From contig JAYNIA010000026.1 in NCBI GenBank assembly GCA_038108555.1, positions 1 to 29,303 of the forward strand: DNA of 29,303 nucleotides, written 5' to 3'. The notes under the pieces were generated by a model. The model was not told the DNA's origin. It ran no database searches and worked only from the letters and a program-made list of their open reading frames with translations. This DNA is from Nitrospinota bacterium (GTDB lineage Bacteria > Nitrospinota > Nitrospinia > Nitrospinales > VA-1). Position 1 is the first letter of the stretch; each line of letters begins with the position of its first letter. This document shows positions 1 to 7,966 of this stretch, piece by piece. The position numbers were made by a program, and so were the translations under genes.

Positions 1-73
1 GCTTCCGACCCAAAGCGGACATTAAATCATTTTTCCCAAGAGCAATGAATATTACCTGCCCCAAATTTTTAAA

Positions 74-1449
74 ATGTTTTCAATAAAAAAATATCTTATA
101 TTCCTGCTTTTTCAAGTTCTGGTTTTAGGAGCCTGTACAACCCAAAAGGACACTATCCTTCCCAGTGACCCTTCCTGGGATAAAAAACCGGATTACTCTA
201 AAGCAATCGAATTTTATGAAAAAAGATTAAAGGAACAACTTGAAACATTGGAACCAGATCATATTGATTTAGCTTTAACCTATAACAATTTGGGATCTCT
301 ATGGCATGACAAGGGTTATTACGACAAAGCTCTTAGTTTTTATGAAAAGGCTCAAACTATCTATCTAAAGGTTCCGGCACCAGGTCACAAGGATTTGGCG
401 ACAACCTGGAATGGAATGGGGTCTACATGGGAGTCAAAAGGTAAGTATGATAAGGCCATTAATTTTTATGAGAAAGCCCTTAATATGCGCTCAAAGATTC
501 TTGGCCCGGATCATACCGATATGGCCTCAGTCTGGAATAATCTAGCCGGCGCTTGGAGCTCAAAAGGTAATTATGAGAAGGCTCTTAATTATTATGAAAA
601 GGCTCTTGAAATTGTTCTTAAAACCTTAGGCCCAGAACATCCTTACGTTGCTTCAACGTGGAATAACCTAGCCTCAGTGTGGCAAACAAAAGGCGATGAC
701 AAGAAAGCAGAAGAATATATTAAAAAAGCTCTCGGTTTACGCTTAAAATTATTTGGATCGATGCATCCCGATGTAGCCGGGAGCTGGAATAAGCTTGCTA
801 CTATTTTCCTGAATAGGGGCGATTTTGATAAAGCCATTGATTTCTATCAAAAATCCCAAGAGGTACGTTTAAAAGTATTTGGTCCTGAGCATCCGGTAAT
901 CGCAAATAATTGGAGTGGGCTCGGTATTGCTTGGATAAGAAAAGGAAATTACGATAAAGCTATTGAATATTTTGAAAAGGCTATTAGTTTAGGGAAAAAA
1001 ACCTGGGACCAGAACACCCCAATTTGGGTTATTACCGTAACTATTTAGGAGAAGCGTTTAAAGCCAAAGGATTATACCAAAAAGCAATAAAGAATTTTGA
1101 GGAAGCCCATAATATTTTTATTAAAGCTTATGGCCCAAACCATGATGATTTATCCATTACATGGAACAACCTTGGCTCAATGTGGAAATTAACTGGTAAC
1201 TACAACAAATCTATTAAATATTATGAAAAGGCCTATAAATTAATTTTTAATACTTTTGGTCCGGCTCATCCCAACTTAGCTGGAATATCTTCAAATTTAG
1301 GCGGCGTATGGTATTTAAAAAGAAATTACAAAAAAGCCATTGAATATTACGAAAAAGCATTGAAGATTTACGAGGAAAAAGGGGATTCTAATTTTGCTCT
1401 AAAAATGAAAACAAATATTGAAACAATAAGAAAAAGGGAAGGGATTTAG
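74..1449 (+). pseudogene. TPR-repeat lipoprotein (about 42-aa kinesin-light-chain-like repeats with LGPEHP linkers), split by a 1-nt frameshift near 995-1003
   Basis: ORF 74..1048 has a signal peptide with lipobox LGAC and tandem TPRs. The repeat register continues in the -1 frame (aac ctg gga cca gaa cac ccc = NLGPEHP) into ORF 1024..1449. Could be a true lesion or a sequencing error. Confidence 0.8.
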
Positions 1450-1621
1450 TTTCTCTTAAAGTAAAGAGTTTACCCGACAGAAGACCCAGCCAAAAAAGAG
1501 GAATGATTTAGTGTCCACCATTGGCCGATAGTAGACTAGGTCTAAAAAAGGTTAGTTGATCAAAAAATTCAAACAAACACCTATCCAGAAAGTTTTCAAA
1601 TTTCCACCGGCGGGTCACCGG

Positions 1622-2176
1622 CTAGCCGCGGACGGTGATTTTTTTGATGGATTTTGCGAGTTTTCTGAGTTTGGTTGCCGTTTTGGCTTTTTCTTCTTTA
1701 CGTGGAATTTTTTGCGGTTTTCGGTAGCGGGCTGATTTTCGCGTGTTGGTGAACACCCATTCGGCGTCGAGCAAAAACTTTTCCCGGTTATTGGCGTTCA
1801 TTTTACGGAAGAGGGTGAGCAGTTTTTGTTCATCCTTATTGGTGCTAATGAGATGGTCACACAAGAGGCCTTTGAACATCAACCGTCCTTCTTCTAATCC
1901 TCCTCCAATCACTTCAAGAGGCACTTTTGAAGTTGGCAGTTTTTCCTGATCGGGGGTTTGCAGGTCTTCAGGGATAATTTTTGTTGTCAGTAACCGGTCC
2001 AGGGAGACATTTCCCAGTCGAGCCAGTTTAACCAGGACAGAGACGGGAGCATCTCTTTCACCGGCCTCATAACGAACGTAGGTTCTGAATCCGATTTCAA
2101 GCACTTCTGACAGTGCCATTTGTGTGCAGTTGAGATTTTTTCGGATGGTTTTTAAATTATCTGAGAGGACGGTCAT
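1622..2176 (-). CDS. XRE/Cro-family helix-turn-helix transcriptional regulator with a basic C-terminal tail
   Basis: N-terminal LKTIRKNLNCTQMALSEVLEIGFRTYVRYEAGERDAP...VSLDRLL matches the HTH_XRE pattern. Confidence 0.85.
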   Translation of the reverse strand: MTVLSDNLKTIRKNLNCTQMALSEVLEIGFRTYVRYEAGERDAPVSVLVKLARLGNVSLDRLLTTKIIPEDLQTPDQEKLPTSKVPLEVIGGGLEEGRLMFKGLLCDHLISTNKDEQKLLTLFRKMNANNREKFLLDAEWVFTNTRKSARYRKPQKIPRKEEKAKTATKLRKLAKSIKKITVRG

Positions 2177-2202
2177 GATGCAGAGTTATCCTTCGGGTAA
2201 TT

Positions 2203-2967
2203 TTAAGCTAGTTCGATACCGTTTTTTCTTAGATATTTGTAAGCTTCATCGATCCAGAACCGCTCCTTTTCCAGTTTATAGTCGGGCAGATCTTTGGAAG
2301 AGCCAATAATGCTTTTCATATAATCGATGGCTTCCTGCTTTTTACCATTTTTATCCAGCAGACGGGCGTAGTGGTAGTAGGCTTTGAAGAAATGAAAAGA
2401 GTTAATCACTTCACCGTAGGCAGCCAGCGCTTTTTCGTCATGTCCGCCAAGGCGGTAGCATTCTGCGAGGCCGAAGATTGCGTTGCCGTAATCGTATTTT
2501 TTATCAATGGCCGTGAGTTTTTCCAAAACGGTCGCTGCTTCGTCATATCTTTTCAGACCGTGGAGACATTTTGCGAGTCCATATCTTGCTTCCAGCATTT
2601 CCGGATCGCGCTGGATGGCTTCTTCAAAGTTGGCAATGGCCGACTCATAGTTTTTCTGTTCTACATATACCTGTCCCAGTTTTTCGTAGTGATAGGCTTT
2701 TTGATATTTGCCAATCAAATCTTTTAACTGAAGGGTTTCTTCTGTTTCTACCTCCCTCTTTTCGGATTTGCCAAAAGGAATGATAGTTCCACCCGGGGTG
2801 GCAGCACCTCGAGCCCGGTTTTTTACGGCGAAAAAATAGGCTACGGCTCCAACGGGAGGGAGCAGGATAATGATGATTATCCACACAAAATGCTCACGTC
2901 TTTGGATGCAATCCATACACATCCACAACATGAACCCTATTGCCAGATAATTGAATATTTCTGCCAA
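2203..2967 (-). CDS. Membrane-anchored TPR protein (N-terminal two-TM PLDc_N-like segment plus TPRs)
   Basis: Hydrophobic WIIIIILLPPVGAVAYFF segment followed by TPR-like helices. TTG start with AGAGGT upstream. Confidence 0.75.
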   Translation of the reverse strand: MAEIFNYLAIGFMLWMCMDCIQRREHFVWIIIIILLPPVGAVAYFFAVKNRARGAATPGGTIIPFGKSEKREVETEETLQLKDLIGKYQKAYHYEKLGQVYVEQKNYESAIANFEEAIQRDPEMLEARYGLAKCLHGLKRYDEAATVLEKLTAIDKKYDYGNAIFGLAECYRLGGHDEKALAAYGEVINSFHFFKAYYHYARLLDKNGKKQEAIDYMKSIIGSSKDLPDYKLEKERFWIDEAYKYLRKNGIELA

Positions 2968-3023
2968 ACTAACCTCTGTTGTTTCTGGAGCAAAAATCGT
3001 TCTTTTTTGCCCGGTTTTTAAAA

Positions 3024-3377
3024 CTAAGAGCCCTCAACCACCTTGTTGGATGCATCGAGGAGCAAAACTTTCGGCTGATGTTTTTCTTTTTCAGTATCTA
3101 TATTACCATAAGCAGCAACGATGATGCGATCATTTATCTGCGCCAGGCGGGCCGCAGCGCCATTGATGGAAAACGTCCCGGACCCTCGCTCAGCAGATAT
3201 GACATAGGTGATGAATCTGCTTCCTGAGTTGATATTGTAAATATGCACCTGTTCGTATGGCTGAATATCGACACGGTCGAGTAAATCTTCATCGATGGCG
3301 ATACTACCTTCATAATCAATTTCAGTCGCTGTCACACAGGCTCTGTGCAACTTGGATTTCAACATAATTCTTTGCAA
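3024..3377 (-). CDS. panD: Aspartate 1-decarboxylase (pyruvoyl-dependent)
   Basis: MLKSKLHRA, YEG/SI self-cleavage site, GSRFITY and INGAAARL motifs. Follows panC. Confidence 0.97.
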   Translation of the reverse strand: MQRIMLKSKLHRACVTATEIDYEGSIAIDEDLLDRVDIQPYEQVHIYNINSGSRFITYVISAERGSGTFSINGAAARLAQINDRIIVAAYGNIDTEKEKHQPKVLLLDASNKVVEGS

Positions 3378-3380
3378 TTT

Positions 3381-4244
3381 TTAACCCTCTATTAAGCAAT
3401 TATCAATGAGTCGGGCAGGTCCGATTTTAACCGCCAGAGCAATGAGCGTCCGGCCTTTTGCTTCTTCTTTTTCTTTTAAACTTATTGGATCACAGATCGA
3501 TATATAATCGATTTGGGTTCCTGATTCTGCAGAAATGATATTTTTTATATTCTCGCGTAATTCGTTAGATGAAAAAATCCCCTGGTTGATTTTTTCTCTG
3601 GAAAATTTTAATGCCCGGGAAAGGGATAAAGCTTTCCTTCTTTCTTCAGGTGACAAATTGCTGTTGCGGGAACTCATGGCCAGTCCATCGGGTTCACGCA
3701 TTAGGGGCACCCTATGGATTTGGAGGTCCAAATTTAAGTCCCGGACCATGGTTTCTATTACCGCTAGTTGTTGCCAATCCTTTTCTCCAAAAAAAGCATG
3801 TTGGGGGCGAACGATATTAAATAGTTTTAGAACAACGGTTGCCACACCTTTAAAAAAGTGGGGTCGACTTTTTCCGCAAAGGTGTTGAGTGATTTCATCA
3901 ACCTGTACAAGGGTTTTGAATCCCTCAGGATAGATCGCTTCCCGGTCCGGATGAAACACGGCATCCACTCCCATTGATTCCAGCTTTTCCAGATCTCCTG
4001 CCAGGTCGTGAGGATAAATATCCAGATCTTCATGGGGAGCGAATTGTCTGGGATTCACAAAAATACTGACCACCGTATGGTCACAGGTTTCGAGAGACTG
4101 TTTCACAAGACTCAAATGACCCTCATGAAGGTATCCCATGGTGGGGACCAAACCGAGGGACTTTTCCCCGAAGGATTTGGTAACTTTTCGCATTTCCTCA
4201 ATGGATGAGGCCACGACAATATTTTGTTTTAGCTCAACGGTCAT
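3381..4244 (-). CDS. panC: Pantoate--beta-alanine ligase
   Basis: VPTMGYLHEGHLSL, SIFVNPRQF, FGEKDWQQ, GLAMSSRN and RLIDN motifs. Confidence 0.97.
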   Translation of the reverse strand: MTVELKQNIVVASSIEEMRKVTKSFGEKSLGLVPTMGYLHEGHLSLVKQSLETCDHTVVSIFVNPRQFAPHEDLDIYPHDLAGDLEKLESMGVDAVFHPDREAIYPEGFKTLVQVDEITQHLCGKSRPHFFKGVATVVLKLFNIVRPQHAFFGEKDWQQLAVIETMVRDLNLDLQIHRVPLMREPDGLAMSSRNSNLSPEERRKALSLSRALKFSREKINQGIFSSNELRENIKNIISAESGTQIDYISICDPISLKEKEEAKGRTLIALAVKIGPARLIDNCLIEG

Positions 4245-5079
4245 TTTTTACTTGTTTGAGTGAAGCTTTATTCAGATTGTAGGTATGTTCCTGGCCCGGA
4301 AACGTCTCACAATTAACCTCATCAATAAACTCGGTGACAGCATTTTGAATGACATCCGACAATTGAGCATATTGTTTGACAAATTTCGGTGCGAAGTCAG
4401 GGTTTATGCCGAGAAGGTCATGAATCACCAGGATTTGTCCATCGCAATTTGATCCCGCACCAATCCCGATCGTGGGGATTTCCAGATCACGGGTGATTTC
4501 TGCTGCGAGTTCTTGTGGCATTCCTTCCAGGACAATCGAGAACACACCTGCCTTTTGTAACTCTTTTGCGTCTTGTTTGATTTGCTTGGAGTCCAGAAAG
4601 GTTTTTCCCTGAACTTTGTATCCGCCAAACTGGTGAACTGATTGCGGGGTCAACCCGACATGTCCCATCACGGGGATACCTGCCTGAACGATTGCCTGAA
4701 CCTGTTCAAGGACCCGTGTTCCGCCTTCCAGTTTTATGGCAGCGGCACCCCCTTCCTGAATCAACCGGCCGGCGTTGGCTACTGCCTGTTCTTTTGAAAC
4801 CTGATAAGACATGAACGGCATGTCTGCGACAACCAGCGCCCGTTGTGCACCCCGCTTAACCGAACGGGTGTGGTAGATCACATCCTCCATAGTTACGGAA
4901 AGGGTATTGGCATGCCCCTGGCAAACCATTCCCAAAGAATCACCCACGAGCAATACATCAACAGCGGAAGTATCCAGCAGTTTTGCAAAACTGTAGTCGT
5001 AGGCGGTTAACGCGATTATTTTTTTTCCTGAGTTTTTCCTGGCCGCAAGCGCAGGAACGGTTACAGGTTGATCTTTCAT
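4234..5079 (-). CDS. panB: 3-methyl-2-oxobutanoate hydroxymethyltransferase (likely start ATG 5079 rather than 5130)
   Basis: LTAYDY, LLVGDSLGMV, VADMPFMSY, KLEGG, GHVGLTPQS and IGIGAG motifs. The 17 residues upstream of MKDQPVTV do not look like PanB. Confidence 0.96.
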   Translation of the reverse strand: MKDQPVTVPALAARKNSGKKIIALTAYDYSFAKLLDTSAVDVLLVGDSLGMVCQGHANTLSVTMEDVIYHTRSVKRGAQRALVVADMPFMSYQVSKEQAVANAGRLIQEGGAAAIKLEGGTRVLEQVQAIVQAGIPVMGHVGLTPQSVHQFGGYKVQGKTFLDSKQIKQDAKELQKAGVFSIVLEGMPQELAAEITRDLEIPTIGIGAGSNCDGQILVIHDLLGINPDFAPKFVKQYAQLSDVIQNAVTEFIDEVNCETFPGQEHTYNLNKASLKQVKNDR

Positions 5080-5260
5080 TTTAGTTTTGGGTTGTGGCTG
5101 GGAATCGATCAGGAGGGAGCAGGAGGTCATGAGAATTAGACCCCCTTCGGCATATACCGAAAGAGAAGCAATTTGGCTTTTGAAACGTGAACTAAAACTT
5201 GAAGCCCGAAAAAAGGGTCCCCGTGTTTTAAACGTTTATTGAGCCAGTATGAAGCTATCT

Positions 5261-5288
5261 CCGTCCCGGTCCGTCAGGATCCAAGCGG
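5261..5288 (-). promoter_or_regulatory. pan RNA motif-like hairpin (cis element upstream of panBCD)
   Basis: Minus strand CCG-CUUGG-A-UCC-UGAC-GGA-CCGGG-A-CGG folds into an 11-bp stem with one bulged A on each side. It lies upstream of panB, matching the described pan motif architecture and context. Confidence 0.6.
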
Positions 5289-5924
5289 ATTATAATATTC
5301 ACGGCCTATTTTATGGCTGTTGATCTTGTTTATCAACTCCTCAAGGTCACATTTTTTCTCAACAAAGTCGATCTCATTGGTATTTATGACCAAAAGAGGG
5401 GTCTCGGAGTAGTAAAAAAAGAAATTATTGAAGGCCTTATTGACAGAATCCAAATAATCCGTGTCCATGAAGGCTTCATATTCCCGACCGCGTTTAGCGA
5501 CCCTTTCCTGCAAAACCTCGGTGCTTGCCTGTAGATAAATGACCAGATCCGGTTTGGGAGCTTTGGCGTCGATCAGGTTGAAAATCTGTTCGTATAAATT
5601 GAATTCGTGATCTTCCAGATTAAGGCGGGCAAAAACTTTATCCCGTTGAAACAGATAGTCAATGACAACTACGGAATTGAATAAATCCCTCTGTGCCAGT
5701 TGCATGTACTGGTTGTACCGGCTCAGTAAAAAAAAAACCTGAGTTTGGAAGGAATAAGCTTCCCGATCTTCATAAAATTTGGATATGAAAGGATTGGATT
5801 CGGTTTCTTCGAGAATTAACCGGGCACCATATTCCTCACCAAGGAGATTGACGAGCGATGTTTTTCCGGCTCCGATAGCCCCTTCAACGGCAATGAAGCG
5901 TGGTTCGATAGTTGATTTATTCAT
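5274..5924 (-). CDS. Deoxynucleoside kinase family protein
   Basis: P-loop EGAIGAGKTS, FQTQVFFLLSR, PDLVIYLQA and RGREYE. This gene family commonly lies upstream of panB. Confidence 0.92.
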   Translation of the reverse strand: MNKSTIEPRFIAVEGAIGAGKTSLVNLLGEEYGARLILEETESNPFISKFYEDREAYSFQTQVFFLLSRYNQYMQLAQRDLFNSVVVIDYLFQRDKVFARLNLEDHEFNLYEQIFNLIDAKAPKPDLVIYLQASTEVLQERVAKRGREYEAFMDTDYLDSVNKAFNNFFFYYSETPLLVINTNEIDFVEKKCDLEELINKINSHKIGREYYNPLGS

Positions 5925-5945
5925 TGTTCCGTAAACCTTGCGGCT

Positions 5946-6290
5946 TTATCCAATTGTTTCCTTAATGGCCCATTTTAAACCTTCGTGGTCGCCCGATTTA
6001 ACGACCTTAGCTTCCGAGGCCCATATTTGAAAACTCATTTTATCTTTTCCCTCTTCAGAGCATAAGATGAGAGGTGTGTGTTTGCTTTTAAATTTTTCAA
6101 CCAATTCAATATTCTCTTTGTTGTTTAACTTTAAATCCAGAACGATGAGGTTTGCATTAATGCCATCTTTGAGAGCTTCTTCCGCTGAATGGGATATGGA
6201 AATCGCAAAACCTTCCTTCTCAAGTTCTTTGAAGGAAGATGGATTCTGACCATTAGAGTTTGCAACTATGAGTATGTTTTTTGAAGTCAA
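5946..6290 (-). CDS. Single-domain response-regulator receiver (atypical)
   Basis: Receiver fold pattern ILIV..., AEEAL, LIVLD, PLILCS, VVKS. The acidic pair after beta1 is missing. Confidence 0.75.
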   Translation of the reverse strand: MTSKNILIVANSNGQNPSSFKELEKEGFAISISHSAEEALKDGINANLIVLDLKLNNKENIELVEKFKSKHTPLILCSEEGKDKMSFQIWASEAKVVKSGDHEGLKWAIKETIG

Positions 6291-6394
6291 ACCAGGGTGA
6301 AAGTTGAGGATTAAAGGATTCTATTGATGCCGATTATGCCCCATTAAGGAGTTTGCGCTTATTTTTTATAATAATCGGACTCCTATTGCAACGT

Positions 6395-7843
6395 TTAATG
6401 GGGCAGCTCGATCTGGTTAATTTTGTGGTATAGGTTGGAATATTGCCGGGCCGCTTTATCCCAGCTAAAATCCATAGACATTCCGTTATTTACCACCTTT
6501 TCCCAAAGGGACTTATCTGCAAAAAAGGTCATTGCCTGTTTCAAAGCATTTTTAAAGGACTCCTTATCATTAGGTAAGAATTTAAACCCTGTTCCTGTGT
6601 TCCCGTCAAAAGTCTGAATGGAATCATCCAGTCCGCCGACGGAACTCACCAGTGGAACGGTACCATATTTCAAGGCATACATTTGTGTGAGGCCACAGGG
6701 TTCATAAGTAGAAGGCATCAAAAACATATCGCTACCTGCAAAAAGCTGGTGAGCGAGTTCATCATCGAAAGCGTGCGAAGTTGCAAATCGACCGGGATCG
6801 GACTCTGCAAGTTGTTTGAAAAATGTTTCGTATTTGGATTCCCCTTCGCCAAGCACCAATAGGGCAAGGTTTTGGGTTTTGAGGTAGTCCGATGTTTCAA
6901 TTAAAAGATCAATTCCTTTTTGACCGGACAGACGTGTGATCATGCAAAACAGAGGGGTATTTTTTCCTATCGTAAGGGAAAATCTTTTAATTAAATCGTT
7001 CCTGCAAACTGTTTTTTGGGAAAGTGAACCGTAGTTCTCAGCAATGAATGGGTCAGTGGCAGGGTTCCAGATAGAATAATCCACTCCATTTAAAATTCCA
7101 GACAGAGAATCCGTTCTTTGCTGTAATATGCCTTCCATACCAAAACCAAACCCTTCTGTTTGTATTTCCTGGCAGTATTTCGGGCTAACAGTGTTTAAGA
7201 AATCGGAATAAACCAATCCTGATTTTAAGAAACTGATCTGGCCATAAAACTCAATTCCCTCCGGACCCGCAAACGAACCGGGTAAGCCGGTAGTTTTAAA
7301 CTCATCCATCGAATAATTTCCCTGATAACCCATATTATGAATTGAAAATAATGTGCGTGTATTTGAGAACCAGGGGTCTTTGGAGTAAATCGATTTTAAA
7401 TAAGCGGGAATGAGTCCTGTATGCCAGTCATTGCAATGAATAAGATCGGGTTGAAAGTTTATCGCCTTACAGGTTTCAAGAGCGGCCTGACAAAAGAAGG
7501 AAAAGCGTGCGACATTGTCGGGATATTCTGAGCCCGGCTCTCCATACAAATGTTCGCGGTTAAAGTATTCATCATATTCTACCAGATAAGCCGGAACGTC
7601 TTCCGGGAGTTTCCCTTCAAACAAGTTTGCTTTTTTCCGGTTGACCCTGGTTTCTAATTCCAGGTTCAGTGACTGGGTGGATTGAGATTGGGTGCAAGTA
7701 TATTTGGGAAGCACCACCCGAATTTCATGCCCCAGTTTCTTTAGGGCCGGGGGAAGCGAGCCGACAACATCCGCCAATCCTCCTGTTTTTGCAAAAGGGA
7801 ATACTTCAGAGGCTACCATTAAAATTTTAAGAGATGAGCTCAT
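6395..7843 (-). CDS. glgA: Glycogen synthase
   Basis: KTGGLADV, IHCNDWHTG, IHNMGYQG, GILNGVDY and EPCGLTQMYALKYGT motifs. Confidence 0.97.
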   Translation of the reverse strand: MSSSLKILMVASEVFPFAKTGGLADVVGSLPPALKKLGHEIRVVLPKYTCTQSQSTQSLNLELETRVNRKKANLFEGKLPEDVPAYLVEYDEYFNREHLYGEPGSEYPDNVARFSFFCQAALETCKAINFQPDLIHCNDWHTGLIPAYLKSIYSKDPWFSNTRTLFSIHNMGYQGNYSMDEFKTTGLPGSFAGPEGIEFYGQISFLKSGLVYSDFLNTVSPKYCQEIQTEGFGFGMEGILQQRTDSLSGILNGVDYSIWNPATDPFIAENYGSLSQKTVCRNDLIKRFSLTIGKNTPLFCMITRLSGQKGIDLLIETSDYLKTQNLALLVLGEGESKYETFFKQLAESDPGRFATSHAFDDELAHQLFAGSDMFLMPSTYEPCGLTQMYALKYGTVPLVSSVGGLDDSIQTFDGNTGTGFKFLPNDKESFKNALKQAMTFFADKSLWEKVVNNGMSMDFSWDKAARQYSNLYHKINQIELPH

Positions 7844-7852
7844 AAGCCAACC

Positions 7853-7881
7853 ACCTTATGAAAAGGAAAGGCAAATGTCAA
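7853..7881 (-). promoter_or_regulatory. Putative sigma70 promoter for glgA
   Basis: Minus strand TTGACA (7881-7876), 17-nt spacer, TAAGGT (7858-7853). Confidence 0.45.
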
Positions 7882-7907
7882 TCGGTGTCGATTTTGTCCC
7901 AAAATCA

Positions 7908-7936
7908 TTGATTACATTGCCATTAATCTTTATAAT
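7908..7936 (+). promoter_or_regulatory. Putative sigma70 promoter for coaBC
   Basis: TTGATT (7908-7913), 17-nt spacer, TATAAT (7931-7936), 30 nt upstream of the ATG. Confidence 0.6.
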
Positions 7937-7966
7937 CCCAACATTAAATCCTGGAAAAACAAGCAA

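Noticed and set aside
250..1400. Recurrent DNA similarity with a period of about 126 nt (e.g. TGGAATAA, TATGAAAAGGC)
   Set aside because: Explained by the protein-level 42-aa TPR repeats. It is not a CRISPR array or a non-coding repeat.
1500..1624. Possible TAG read-through (pyrrolysine-like) of the XRE gene, suggested by the hairpin after the stop
   Set aside because: The downstream frame has no recognisable content, the second hairpin copy (18786) hits TGA two codons later, and no pyl genes are present.
5080..5130. Extended panB N-terminus starting at 5130
   Set aside because: The extra 17 residues do not resemble PanB, so the region is more plausibly leader RNA.
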